From sequence record SRR2962707_2686: a DNA stretch of 46,713 nucleotides. One strand, written 5' to 3'. Position 1 is the stretch's first letter. Every line of letters begins with the position of its first letter. Positions 8,548 to 18,682 of the stretch are shown piece after piece. The position numbers and the translations under genes were made by a program. The notes under the pieces are model-generated. The model did no database searches. It worked only from the letters and a program-made list of their open reading frames with translations, and was not told the DNA's origin.

Positions 8548-10875
8548 ATGAGCGACACGCTTCCCCCCGCCGACCGTCTGCGCTTCAAGCCGTACAAGGG
8601 CCCGGCCGCGGGTTGGGGCGCCCTGCGCGCCGTCACCGACCATTGGTTTGAGAGCAAGCAGCCGTTCAAGAATCTCTATGCCATGGTCAAGACCAACCAA
8701 AGCAACGGTTTCGATTGTCCGGGCTGCGCCTGGGGCGAATCCCCCGAAAGCGGCATGATCAACTTCTGCGAGAACGGTGCCAAGGCGGTTAACTGGGAAG
8801 CCACCAGCCGTCGCGTGGACGCCGCCTTTTTCGAGAAATACAGCGTTACCGAATTGTTGCAACAGGATGACTACTGGCTGGAGTTCCAGGGCCGGATCAC
8901 CGAGCCGATGGTGTATGACCGGCGGACCGACCACTACAAACCGATTGATTGGGAGGGCGCCTTCGCGTTGATCGCGCGCCATCTCAATGGTCTGGAAAGC
9001 CCCAACGAGGCCAGCTTCTATACCTCCGGGCGTGCCAGTAACGAGGCGGCCTATTTGTACCAGTTGTTCGTGCGCGCGTTTGGGACCAATAACTTTCCGG
9101 ATTGCTCGAATATGTGCCACGAGGCCAGCGGCGTGGCCTTGATCGAAAGTATTGGCACCGGCAAGGGCACCGTCACCTTCGCGGATTTCGATAAAGCCGA
9201 CGCGTTGTTCCTGTTTGGCCAGAACCCGGGCACCAATCATCCGCGCATGCTCGAGCCGATCCGCGATGCGGTGAAACGCGGGGCCCAGGTGGCGGTGTTC
9301 AATCCGCTGAAAGAGCGAGGCCTGGAGCGGTTCCAGGCACCCCAGGATCCACTGGAAATGCTGACTCAGTCCTCGTCGCCGCTGAACACCGCTTACTTCC
9401 GCCCGGCTCTGGGCGGTGACATGGCGGCGGTGCGAGGCATGGTGAAGTGGTTGCTGCAGTGGGACCGGGAAGCCCTGGCCAGCGGCGGCGAAGCGGTGTT
9501 CGATCATGACTTCATTGCCCAACACACCGATGGCGTGGAGCAGTACCTGGCGATGGTGGATGCCACCAGCTGGGAACGGATCGAGGCCCAATCAGGGATC
9601 AGCCGCGACATTCTGGAACAGGCCGCGCGCATTCATCGCGACAGTAAAAGGGTGATTATCTGCTGGGCCATGGGCATTACCCAGCACAAGCATTCAGTGG
9701 CCACCGTCCAGGAGATCGCCAATCTGCAATTGCTACGCGGCCAGTTCGGCGAGGGTGCCGGCTTATGTCCGGTGCGCGGCCATTCCAATGTGCAAGGGGA
9801 TCGTACCGTGGGCATTGCCGACGAACCACCGGCGGCCTTGCTCGATGCTCTGGAAAAACGGTTCGGTTTTACACCGCCGCGTGAGCCCGGATACAACGTG
9901 ATCACCACGCTGCAGGCGATGGCGGCGGGCAAGATCAAGGTGTTTCTGGCGCTGGGCGGCAATTTCGCCCAGGCCACGCCGGATACGGCGCGCACGCATG
10001 AGGCGCTGGGGAGCTGCGAACTGACCGTCCAGATCAGTACCAAGCTCAACCGCAGTCATCTGATATGCGGCAACGAGGCGTTGATCCTGCCATGCCTGGG
10101 GCGCACCGACATTGATGAGCAAGCGGACGGCCCGCAGGGCGTCACCGTGGAGGACTCGTTCAGCATGGTGCACCTGTCCCATGGGCAGCTGCGGCCTTTG
10201 TCGAAGCAGATGCGGTCCGAGCCGGCGATCATCGCCGGTATCGCCGAAGCCACTCTGGGCAAAACGCCGGTGGATTGGAGCGCCCTGGTGGAGAACTACG
10301 ACCGTATTCGCGATCTTATCCAGGACACCATTCCCGGTTTTGACGACTTCAACGCGCGGCTCAAGACGCCGGGCGGCTTCTACCTGGGCAATCCCGCCCG
10401 CGACCGCCAATGGCACACGGAATCCGGCCGTGCCCAATTGGTCAGCCACGCACTACCGGCCACCCTGGTGGATGCGGAGACACTGGCTTCTGGCGCCAAA
10501 CCGGATCTGGTGCTGCAGACGCTGCGCTCCCATGACCAGTACAACACCACCATTTACGGCCTGCATGACCGTTACCGGGGCGTGCACGGCGGCCGCAAGG
10601 TGGTGTTCATCAATCGTGCCGATCTCGAACGTCTGGGATTCCAGCATGGCGACAAGGTCGATGTTGTTTCTCTATGGCGTGACAGCGAGGAACGGCGGGT
10701 CAGCGATTTCACGCTGCTGGAGTACGATGTCCCCGCCGGCCAGGCCGCCGCCTATTACCCGGAAACCAATCCGCTGGTGCCCATGGACAGCTATGGCGAC
10801 GGCAGCTTTACACCGACCTCCAAGCTGATCGCCATCCGCCTGGAGAAAAGCAGAGCCCCGAAGCGTATCGCCTGA
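8548..10875 (+). CDS. FdhF/YdeP family molybdopterin oxidoreductase
   Basis: GFDCPGCAW, FCENGAKA, GTNNFPDCSNMCHE, RGHSNVQGDRT and RSHDQYNTTIYG. Confidence 0.92.
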   Translation: MSDTLPPADRLRFKPYKGPAAGWGALRAVTDHWFESKQPFKNLYAMVKTNQSNGFDCPGCAWGESPESGMINFCENGAKAVNWEATSRRVDAAFFEKYSVTELLQQDDYWLEFQGRITEPMVYDRRTDHYKPIDWEGAFALIARHLNGLESPNEASFYTSGRASNEAAYLYQLFVRAFGTNNFPDCSNMCHEASGVALIESIGTGKGTVTFADFDKADALFLFGQNPGTNHPRMLEPIRDAVKRGAQVAVFNPLKERGLERFQAPQDPLEMLTQSSSPLNTAYFRPALGGDMAAVRGMVKWLLQWDREALASGGEAVFDHDFIAQHTDGVEQYLAMVDATSWERIEAQSGISRDILEQAARIHRDSKRVIICWAMGITQHKHSVATVQEIANLQLLRGQFGEGAGLCPVRGHSNVQGDRTVGIADEPPAALLDALEKRFGFTPPREPGYNVITTLQAMAAGKIKVFLALGGNFAQATPDTARTHEALGSCELTVQISTKLNRSHLICGNEALILPCLGRTDIDEQADGPQGVTVEDSFSMVHLSHGQLRPLSKQMRSEPAIIAGIAEATLGKTPVDWSALVENYDRIRDLIQDTIPGFDDFNARLKTPGGFYLGNPARDRQWHTESGRAQLVSHALPATLVDAETLASGAKPDLVLQTLRSHDQYNTTIYGLHDRYRGVHGGRKVVFINRADLERLGFQHGDKVDVVSLWRDSEERRVSDFTLLEYDVPAGQAAAYYPETNPLVPMDSYGDGSFTPTSKLIAIRLEKSRAPKRIA

Positions 10876-10922
10876 GAGGCGGTTCAAGGGCGGGTATCAC
10901 AGGAAATTAGCAGGAGAGGAGT

Positions 10923-11375
10923 ATGACGGAAAAGGCGTTGCCGATTGAGGGTAGCTGCCGATGCGGTCAGGTCAGAGTGCGCATCGAAGCTCAGCCGCTG
11001 CTTACCATGGCCTGCCACTGTACGGGATGTCAGAAGATGAGTGCCGGCGCCTATTCGTTAAGTGCCGCCATCCCCAGCCCGGGTTTCTCGGTGATAAAAG
11101 GCGAGCCGGTGATCGGAGGGCTACACGGCGCATCCCGCCATTATTTTTGCCCGCATTGCATGAGCTGGATGTTTACCCGGCCCGAGGGGGTCGAGGAGTT
11201 TGTGAACATTCGCCCGGGAATACTCGATCAACCTGTTTGGAGTAAGCCTTTCATCGAGACGTTTACCAGCGAAAAGCTGCCTTGGGCATCGACCCCCGCC
11301 AAACACAGTTTCGAGCAGTTTCCGCCTTTCGAGGCTTATGGAGAGCTGATCAGGGAATATGCCGAACAAAGCTGA
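10923..11375 (+). CDS. GFA family protein
   Basis: GSCRCG, CHCTGC and HYFCPHC. Confidence 0.88.
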   Translation: MTEKALPIEGSCRCGQVRVRIEAQPLLTMACHCTGCQKMSAGAYSLSAAIPSPGFSVIKGEPVIGGLHGASRHYFCPHCMSWMFTRPEGVEEFVNIRPGILDQPVWSKPFIETFTSEKLPWASTPAKHSFEQFPPFEAYGELIREYAEQS

Positions 11376-11580
11376 GTAAGAAAGGGGGGCTTTCCCGTCT
11401 ACCGCCGCGCCTTCCGTTTTCTCCACCAGATCATCATCGTACTCTCAGAGCAAGCGCTTGTAGCCGGTGGGCCGACCAACTATGGCGGGTCTCATACAGA
11501 GGGTCGGCTTACCTTGGGAATGAAGAGGTAAAGGCTGTGGTCTGGAGGCTGTTCAGCGATGCCACTCGATACTGATGCGT

Positions 11581-11600
11581 CAAAATGAGAATGATTATTA
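11581..11600. promoter_or_regulatory. Putative Fur box
   Basis: CAAAATGAGAATGATTATT matches 14/19 of GATAATGATAATCATTATC. Confidence 0.6.
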
Positions 11601-11731
11601 ACTTCGTCTAGAGCGGGAATTTACCTGGTTTTGCACACCCTCGAGCCCGCCAAGACGAACCCCTGCAAAATCAGGATAATGGCGCCCAGCCATGCCCCTG
11701 CGCGCCAAACTCTCCAACCCGGACTCTCTCC

Positions 11732-13930
11732 ATGGAAATCAAGGTCAACTTCCTCGACAACCTTCGCCTGGAAGCCAAGTTCGACGACTTCACCGTCGTC
11801 ACGGATCAGCCGATCCGCTACAAGGGTGACGGCTCGGCGCCGAGCCCGTTCGACTACTTCCTGGCATCGTCGGCACTGTGCGCGGCTTACTTCGTCAAGG
11901 TGTACTGCAAGGCGCGGGATATCCCCACGGACAATATCCGCTTGTCGCAGAACAACATCGTCGACCCGGAGAACCGCTATAACCAGATCTTCCGTATTCA
12001 GGTGGAGCTGCCGGAGGACATCTCCGACAAGGACCGGCAGGGTATTCTGCGCTCCATCGACCGCTGTACGGTGAAGAAGGTGGTACAGACTGGGCCGGAG
12101 TTCCAGATCGAGACAGTGGAGAATCTGGACGAGGATGCCCAGGCGTTGCTGATGGGCGCGCCCGAAGGGGAGGCGCGCACTTATATCGAGGGCAAGGACC
12201 GGCCATTGGAGGAAACCATCGCCACCATGACCGGCATCCTCGAGGCGCTGGGCATGAAGATCGAGATCGCCTCGTGGCGCAATATCGTGCCCCATGTGTG
12301 GTCGCTGCACATCCGTGACGCGGCCTCGCCGATGTGTTTCACCAACGGCAAGGGCGCCACCAAGGAGAGCGCCTTGTGCTCGGCCCTGGGGGAGTTCATC
12401 GAGCGGCTGAACTGCAACTTTTTCTACAATGATCAGTTCTTCGGTGAGGAGATCGCCAACAGCGCCTTCGTGCATTACCCGAACGAGCGCTGGTTCCAGC
12501 CCGGCCCTGATGATGAACTGCCCGAAGGCATTCTGGATGAGCACTGCCTGGCCATCTATGACCCCGAAGGTGAACTGCGCGGCTCCAATCTGATTGACAC
12601 CAATTCCGGCAAGGTGGAGCGGGGAATTTGTTCGCTGCCATTTCAGCGCCGTTCGGATGGCGAGACGGTCTGGTTCCCCTCCAATCTGATCGAGAACTTG
12701 TTTCTCAGTAACGGCATGAGCGCCGGCAATACCTTGCCCGAAGCGCAGGTGCAGTGTTTGTCGGAGATCTTCGAGCGGGCGGTGAAGAAGCAGATCATCG
12801 AGGAAGAGCTGGCCCTGCCGGACGTGCCGCCAGAGGTACTGGCGAAGTATCCGAATCTGGTGGAGGGTGTCGAGGCATTGGAAGCCCAGGGCTTCCCGGT
12901 GCTGGTCAAGGACGCTTCCCTGGGCGGCCAATTCCCGGTGGCCTGCGTGGCGCTGATGAATCCACGCACCGGCGGCGTATTCGTTTCTTTCGGCGCGCAT
13001 CCGAGCATGGCTGTGGCACTGGAGCGCAGTCTTACCGAATTACTGCAAGGCCGCAGTTTCGAGGGGCTCAACGATGTGCCGCCGCCCACGTTCAACAGTC
13101 TGGCGGTAACCGAGCCCAACAATTACGTGGAGCACTTCATCGATTCCACTGGTGTGGTGTCCTGGCGTTTCTTCAGCGCCAAGGCGGATTACGACTTCCA
13201 CGAATGGGACTTTTCCGGCAGCGCTTCAAACAATAATGAAGAAGAGGCGACTGGCCTGTTCCGGATTCTCGAAGATATGGGGCATGAAGTGTACACGGCG
13301 GTATACGAAGACCTGGGCGCGCCGGTTTGCCGGATTCTGGTGCCCGGTTACTCCGAGGTGTACCCGGTGGACGATTTGATCTGGGACAACACCAACAAGG
13401 CCCTGGACTATCGGGAAGATATCCTGAATCTGCATAGCCTGAATGACGATCAACTGGCCGATCTGGTGTGGCGCCTGGAAGAAAGTCAGATCGACGACTA
13501 CACCGACATCATCACCCTGATCGGCATCGAGTTCGATGAAAACACCGTCTGGGGTCAGCTCACGGTTCTGGAGCTGAAGTTGCTGATCAGTCTGGCCCTG
13601 GGACAGCACGAGGATGCCCTGGAGCGGGTGGAGGCCTTCCTGCAGTACAACGACAATACCGTGGAGCGTAATCTGTTCTATCGTGCGGTCAGCGCCGTGC
13701 TGGAGATTACTCTGGACGAGGAACTGGAATTGAACGATTACCTGGTGAGCCTGCGGCGTATGTATGGTGAGGACACCATGAGTAGTGTGGTTGGTGCGGT
13801 CGATGGCACCGTTCGCTTCCCTGGTTTGACGCCCACCAACATGCAGCTGGATGGCCTGGACAAGCACCTGCGCCTGATCGAGAGCTATAAAAAGCTCCAT
13901 GCGGCGCGGGCGGTGAAGGCAAATCTTTGA
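11732..13930 (+). CDS. OsmC-domain / YcaO-domain fusion protein
   Basis: N-terminal OsmC (DQP...PSPFDYFLAS..LC...RC); YcaO motifs TNGKG, SALGEFIER, SNGMSAGN and EIFER. Confidence 0.9.
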   Translation: MEIKVNFLDNLRLEAKFDDFTVVTDQPIRYKGDGSAPSPFDYFLASSALCAAYFVKVYCKARDIPTDNIRLSQNNIVDPENRYNQIFRIQVELPEDISDKDRQGILRSIDRCTVKKVVQTGPEFQIETVENLDEDAQALLMGAPEGEARTYIEGKDRPLEETIATMTGILEALGMKIEIASWRNIVPHVWSLHIRDAASPMCFTNGKGATKESALCSALGEFIERLNCNFFYNDQFFGEEIANSAFVHYPNERWFQPGPDDELPEGILDEHCLAIYDPEGELRGSNLIDTNSGKVERGICSLPFQRRSDGETVWFPSNLIENLFLSNGMSAGNTLPEAQVQCLSEIFERAVKKQIIEEELALPDVPPEVLAKYPNLVEGVEALEAQGFPVLVKDASLGGQFPVACVALMNPRTGGVFVSFGAHPSMAVALERSLTELLQGRSFEGLNDVPPPTFNSLAVTEPNNYVEHFIDSTGVVSWRFFSAKADYDFHEWDFSGSASNNNEEEATGLFRILEDMGHEVYTAVYEDLGAPVCRILVPGYSEVYPVDDLIWDNTNKALDYREDILNLHSLNDDQLADLVWRLEESQIDDYTDIITLIGIEFDENTVWGQLTVLELKLLISLALGQHEDALERVEAFLQYNDNTVERNLFYRAVSAVLEITLDEELELNDYLVSLRRMYGEDTMSSVVGAVDGTVRFPGLTPTNMQLDGLDKHLRLIESYKKLHAARAVKANL

Positions 13931-13947
13931 CGTTGGAATAAGTAATT

Positions 13948-14205
13948 ATGGAATACGATGATCAAAAGGTGCTGGAAACGGTGCTTGCCTTACTTGGCGT
14001 ATTTGAGTTTGACAATGGCAGGGTTTGGAAGAGGATTGAATTCAGCGTCATGGATGAACTTTTTGAGAAAGGATATATCTCCAATCCAACAGGGCGAGCA
14101 GAGTCCGTCTATTTGACAAAAGAGGGCTTCGCTCTGGCTAAAGAGCTTGCGGAGAAGCACTTTTCAAAGAGTTATGAAGGAGATGCGGAGTGCAAACCAA
14201 GGTGA
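13948..14205 (+). CDS. DUF6429-like small protein
   Basis: VLALL...RVWK...VMDELFEKGYISNP..RAESVYLTKEG pattern. Confidence 0.7.
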   Translation: MEYDDQKVLETVLALLGVFEFDNGRVWKRIEFSVMDELFEKGYISNPTGRAESVYLTKEGFALAKELAEKHFSKSYEGDAECKPR

Positions 14206-14570
14206 TCAACGAAGGGAATAAAATCCCGATCAAGAAAAAGTAGCGGCAACCTCTGATCAATACAGAAGGTGGCTATAATGAGGTCGGCGGTCTTTCGTAT
14301 GGTGATCCCTTTCTTGCGCAAAGCGCGATAATTCTCGGCACACTTTACGGCCATCTCCATACCGAGCATCTCGTACTGATCCAGTGTCGTTAGTAATTGC
14401 TTGGTCCTGCGATAGTCCCGATCATCGCGGATGCCCTGTAGAATCTCCAGAAGTATCAGGTCACCGATGGCAACGGTGCCTTCGGTAATGGCCGAATCCA
14501 AGGCGTCAGTGTGGCTGTTCTCCGCACCGTTGAAATAGTCGATCCAGACACTGGTATCCACCAGTATCAT
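14172..14570 (-). CDS. vapC: PIN-domain VapC toxin
   Basis: MILVDTSVWIDY...EILQG...D.IIA...LLFLDRDF; ATGA overlap with the antitoxin gene. Confidence 0.9.
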   Translation of the reverse strand: MILVDTSVWIDYFNGAENSHTDALDSAITEGTVAIGDLILLEILQGIRDDRDYRRTKQLLTTLDQYEMLGMEMAVKCAENYRALRKKGITIRKTADLIIATFCIDQRLPLLFLDRDFIPFVDHLGLHSASPS

Positions 14571-14761
14571 TTCGCGCCCCGCATCTGATCCAGGTCCCCT
14601 TCCCATTGGACCTTGCCGCGTAACTTGCGGAGTTCCTGTTGGCGATTCAGACGGACCAGCAGCTTCAGCCCTTGTTCAACGGCTTCTTTCTTGGTTTCGC
14701 AGCCGGAGGCTTTCAGGGCCTCCGCCATCAATTTGTCGTCTATGACAATATTTGTTCTCAT
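14567..14761 (-). CDS. vapB: VapB antitoxin
   Basis: MRTNIVIDDKLMAEA...TKKEAVEQGL...WEGDLDQMR; directly upstream of vapC. Confidence 0.9.
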   Translation of the reverse strand: MRTNIVIDDKLMAEALKASGCETKKEAVEQGLKLLVRLNRQQELRKLRGKVQWEGDLDQMRGAK

Positions 14762-14773
14762 GGATATCACCTA

Positions 14774-14800
14774 TGTGTATAAAAATAGAATTTGTACACA
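14774..14800. promoter_or_regulatory. Palindromic operator upstream of vapBC
   Basis: TGTGTATAAA-7nt-TTTGTACACA imperfect inverted repeat in the AT-rich region upstream of vapB. Confidence 0.55.
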
Positions 14801-14970
14801 ATCTAACATGGGCAAGGGTACCTGACAATCCCATCAGCGCGGTGGTGGCCGCCCACTGGGTTGTGGCTCAAGAAGGAGGATTTCAGCCCGCTGTCGATTC
14901 CCAATGTTCCCGTTCGACTATGCCAGTAACCCAGAAAGATTGTCGAGTTTGCGAATCGATGGAGCTGACA

Positions 14971-15597
14971 ATGATCAAGTTGTACGGAACACCCCCGACC
15001 CGTGCTCTGCGTGCTATCTGGTTGCTTAATGAACTGGGCCTGGAGTACCAGATGCTCCCGGTGGATATTCTGAAGGGCGAGACCCGGGAACCGGACTTTC
15101 TCGCCCTTAACCCCGCCGGGAAGGCCCCTGTTCTGGTGGACGGCGATCTGGTGATCACCGAGTCGTCCGCAATCCAGCTTTACCTCGCTGATAAATATTC
15201 CCAGGCTGGTTTTATCCCGGAGACCGTGGAGGACAGGGCGAAGATGTACCGTTGGATCTTTTTCCTGGCTACCGAAATCGAACAGCCGTTGTGGCGTATC
15301 GCTCGTCATACCTTCTTGTACCCGGAAGAGAAACAGCTACCCCAGGATGTGGATCTGGCGAGGCAGGAGTGCCTGGAGATGCTGGCCGTGCTCGAGCAGC
15401 ACATGAAGACGCATGAGTTCATGGTCGCCGACCGGCTCAGCGTGGCCGACTTCAACGCCGCCTATACTTTGGACTGGGCCAACGAAGAGAAGATGCTGGG
15501 CGATATGCCGAGATTGACCGAATACCTGAAGGCCATGTACTCCCGGCCCGCCGCCCCGCCGTCCATTTCCGGAGTGCTTGCGGCCCCGGGAAGTTAG
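14971..15597 (+). CDS. Glutathione S-transferase family protein
   Basis: TRALRAIWLLNEL, LNPAGKAP, ITESSAI and SVADF. Confidence 0.9.
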   Translation: MIKLYGTPPTRALRAIWLLNELGLEYQMLPVDILKGETREPDFLALNPAGKAPVLVDGDLVITESSAIQLYLADKYSQAGFIPETVEDRAKMYRWIFFLATEIEQPLWRIARHTFLYPEEKQLPQDVDLARQECLEMLAVLEQHMKTHEFMVADRLSVADFNAAYTLDWANEEKMLGDMPRLTEYLKAMYSRPAAPPSISGVLAAPGS

Positions 15598-15642
15598 ACT
15601 GGTATTGCACCGTGGCGTGGCTTCAAAAGGAGCTGTATTCAA

Positions 15643-15885
15643 ATGACGGAACCGGAAAGCAAATCCCATATGACCACCGGCAACTGGATCTTTGTGGTGG
15701 CGGCCGCATTGCTGGGAGTGATAAACCTCATCGACTTTGCCTTTTATGGGCATGATTTTCGCGACCTGGGGGCGGCGGTTGGTTTGCTCTTCATTGCCTG
15801 GGGAGGCTACAAGGATATCACCATGGTGATGGTTGGCGGTGCGCTCCTGGCGATCGGATCAGTGGCCGCGAAATATCTATTGTAA
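15643..15885 (+). CDS. Small membrane protein, hypothetical
   Basis: AAGGAG RBS; three hydrophobic stretches. Confidence 0.55.
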   Translation: MTEPESKSHMTTGNWIFVVAAALLGVINLIDFAFYGHDFRDLGAAVGLLFIAWGGYKDITMVMVGGALLAIGSVAAKYLL

Positions 15886-16022
15886 GGAGGTTCTCGTCCG
15901 GCCTTGGGATACGATCTGGCCGACTGGCGCTGCCGTTGCATCGAGTCCTGTCGCTGAAACGGCGCACAATGATGGGCCTGGCTTGTTAAGCTGCTTTGAG
16001 ATGATGTTGAGGGAGCATCGGT

Positions 16023-17009
16023 ATGAAGGCGGTGATGATTTCAGGTTGGGGACGTAACCCTCGCTTGGTGGTCCGGGAGATGCCGGAGCCCGGTGAGCCG
16101 GGGCCGGATGACGTGGTGGTACAAGTGCGGGCGGCTTCCGTTAATCCCAAGGACTGGAAGCTCAATTATCACCTCGCCCTGCTGGCGACTCCCATGCTGA
16201 GCCGGCGACTCCCGCCACTGTTTGGCGATGACCTGGCGGGGACGGTGATCGCCACCGGGCGCAATGTCTCCGACTTTGAAGTTGGTGACGCGGTTTATGG
16301 CATGGACATGAATCTGCGTACCGCGTCCCTGGCGGAGCGGACACGTATCAAGCAGACGTGTATTGCCAGGAAACCGGCCTCGTTGTCGTTTCGTCAAGCC
16401 GCGGCCATGCCGTTGGCGGCGCTTACCGCATTGCAAGGATTACGCAAGGGGCGGGCACGGGCTGGCGGTAAAGTGCTGATCATTGGCGCCTCCGGCGGGG
16501 TGGGAACTTTCGCGGTACAGATTGCCCGGGCGCTCGGTGCCCGGGTGACCGGGGTGTGTAGCGGAAGAAATACGGATTTCGTTCGTAACCTTGGCGCCGA
16601 TGAGGTGATCGATTATACCCTTGGAGATTACCGCCACGGCGCCGGGACCTTCGATCTGGTCTTTGATGTGGCCGCCAATGAATCCCCTCGCGGTTGCGTT
16701 GATCTGATCGCGCCCGGCGGCTGGTTCATTTCCACCGGAGGTCATGCTCGGTCGATGCTGGGGACATCGATATACCGTATGTTGGGCCGGAACGCGGCGA
16801 ACATCATGGTGGCTCCCCGGCGCAAGGATCTGGAAATCCTGTCGGCCCTGGTTGATGAAGGAAAACTCAGGCCGGTGATCGACAGTGAATTTGATCTTGC
16901 CGATATCGAGCAGGCCTACCAGCGTAGCCGCACCGGGCGCTGTCGGGGTAAGGTGGTGATTGGCGTCGCCGAAGAAGGGCCGTCCGGGCCAGTCTCTGAT
17001 GAGCTCTGA
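16023..17009 (+). CDS. NAD(P)-dependent MDR oxidoreductase (quinone reductase-like)
   Basis: AASVNPKDWK, GASGGVGTFAVQIA and GKVVI. Confidence 0.88.
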   Translation: MKAVMISGWGRNPRLVVREMPEPGEPGPDDVVVQVRAASVNPKDWKLNYHLALLATPMLSRRLPPLFGDDLAGTVIATGRNVSDFEVGDAVYGMDMNLRTASLAERTRIKQTCIARKPASLSFRQAAAMPLAALTALQGLRKGRARAGGKVLIIGASGGVGTFAVQIARALGARVTGVCSGRNTDFVRNLGADEVIDYTLGDYRHGAGTFDLVFDVAANESPRGCVDLIAPGGWFISTGGHARSMLGTSIYRMLGRNAANIMVAPRRKDLEILSALVDEGKLRPVIDSEFDLADIEQAYQRSRTGRCRGKVVIGVAEEGPSGPVSDEL

Positions 17010-17056
17010 TGAAGACTACTTTCAAACTTTGAACGCCTGGTTTCAGGGAGAGAACA

Positions 17057-17362
17057 TTGGTTGATTCTGTTTGCATAAACACAGACTCCGTTGAAATCAG
17101 CATTTCCGGAAACATCATTTCCGTTGCTTTTGATGATGTGGTGGGCATTCACGCCTATGTCCTGGAAATCCCGGCTTCCTCGCTGACCTTTGTTGTTCTT
17201 GCCACTGAGTCGGGCTACAACCTGGAAGTTCGAAGTGATATGGCGGGATGGAGCCCCTTCCTGCGTGAGCTTGGTGAGCATCTTCCTCTGAAAGTACGGG
17301 ACCTGCCCGGCCTGATTGGCCGGTTGACTGCCGATGTTCCAGTGGCGGAGCTGTATCCATAG
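17057..17362 (+). CDS. Hypothetical protein
   Basis: TTG start after GGGAG; fills the intergenic gap. Confidence 0.5.
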   Translation: MVDSVCINTDSVEISISGNIISVAFDDVVGIHAYVLEIPASSLTFVVLATESGYNLEVRSDMAGWSPFLRELGEHLPLKVRDLPGLIGRLTADVPVAELYP

Positions 17363-17418
17363 ACGAAGCCGTTAGGGGAACTGGCTATTAGACAGGCGCC
17401 ATCATAAGGAAAAGACGG

Positions 17419-18660
17419 ATGCCGATAAGTACAATGAAAAAGACCACGGACGAAAGAGGCGACCTCTGGCGGGATATCTTCACCGCTCTGGGCTTATCCA
17501 CCGGTGCCGCGGTTGCCTTGGGATTGTCTCGATTCGCCTACGGTTTGCTGCTGCCTCCGATGCAAGCGGATCTGCAATGGACCTACGTTGAAGCCGGTGC
17601 GCTGAATACCGCGAATGGGGCGGGTTATATCTTCGGCGCGCTGGTGGCGGCCTGGTTGGCGCGGCGATGGGGAACGGCGCGAGCGTTCCTGGCGGGTTTC
17701 TCGGTGAGTGTTCTGGTCCTGCTTTTAACGGCAATGACGGCCAGTCTGTCTGCTCTCATCCTGTTACGAACCGTCGGTGGCGTTTCCACGGCGGTTACTT
17801 TCATTCTCGGCGCTGGTTTGGTTTCCGCGATCTGTCCGCTGGAAAACCCTCGTCGCCGTGGGGCCCTGGTGGGTGTGTATGTGGCGGGAGTCAGTATCGG
17901 CGTTATTCTCGCCGGGGTGGCTTTACCGATCATCCTGCAGGGTGGCGTGCAGCGGTGGCCGGAGGGTTGGATAGTGTTGGGCCTGCTCGGCGCCGCCGGC
18001 TTGCCCGCCGCCTGGTTGGCCGCTCGCCGAGTGCATCAGTCGGCGGGTGGCACCATGGCGTTGCTGAATGCCCGGGAGTGCCGGCGGATCGCACCGACGT
18101 TGATCGGCTACGGTGTTTTCGGGGCCGGTTATGTCGGTTACATGACCTTCATTATGGCGCTGCTGCAGGAGCAGGGTGGCAGTAGCGAGCAGATGATCTG
18201 GTTCTGGTTCACACTGGGGCTGGTGTCCGCCGTTACCAATCTCCTATGGGGACGGGTGCTGGGCGCTTTCAGTGATGGTCGCGGGCCGGCCCTGGTTTTC
18301 GCAACGGCTATGCTGGGCACCTTGCCGGTTCTGCTCTATCCGGGACCGGTGGCGATGTTCCTGTCGGCGATCCTGTTCGGCGGCAGCTTTATGGCGGGCC
18401 CCACCTCGATTACCGTCGTTGCCCAGCGTCAGTTGTCGCCCGCGTCCTGGACCGCCGCCATCTCGCTGCTGACGGTGGGGTTCGCATTTGGCCAGACCAT
18501 TGGCCCGATCCTGGCGGGCGCCATATCCGATGTAACGGGCAGCATCGAGGCCGGCTTTTGGGTATCTCCGTTACTATTGGCTATTGCCGCCTGTGTGAAT
18601 CTGTTGCAACGTCCCCCTGTACCGGCTGAGTCTCCGGCGCTTGCCGGTAAGTCCAGTTAG
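17419..18660 (+). CDS. YbfB/YjiJ family MFS transporter
   Basis: LGLSRFAYGLLLPPM...AGALNTAN..GY; about 12 TM segments. Confidence 0.88.
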   Translation: MPISTMKKTTDERGDLWRDIFTALGLSTGAAVALGLSRFAYGLLLPPMQADLQWTYVEAGALNTANGAGYIFGALVAAWLARRWGTARAFLAGFSVSVLVLLLTAMTASLSALILLRTVGGVSTAVTFILGAGLVSAICPLENPRRRGALVGVYVAGVSIGVILAGVALPIILQGGVQRWPEGWIVLGLLGAAGLPAAWLAARRVHQSAGGTMALLNARECRRIAPTLIGYGVFGAGYVGYMTFIMALLQEQGGSSEQMIWFWFTLGLVSAVTNLLWGRVLGAFSDGRGPALVFATAMLGTLPVLLYPGPVAMFLSAILFGGSFMAGPTSITVVAQRQLSPASWTAAISLLTVGFAFGQTIGPILAGAISDVTGSIEAGFWVSPLLLAIAACVNLLQRPPVPAESPALAGKSS

Positions 18661-18682
18661 ACACCTTTCAGGAGTTGCGAGG

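Noticed and set aside
8401-13900. Long antisense ORFs opposite the FdhF/YdeP and OsmC-YcaO genes
   Set aside because: Antisense shadows produced by codon bias.
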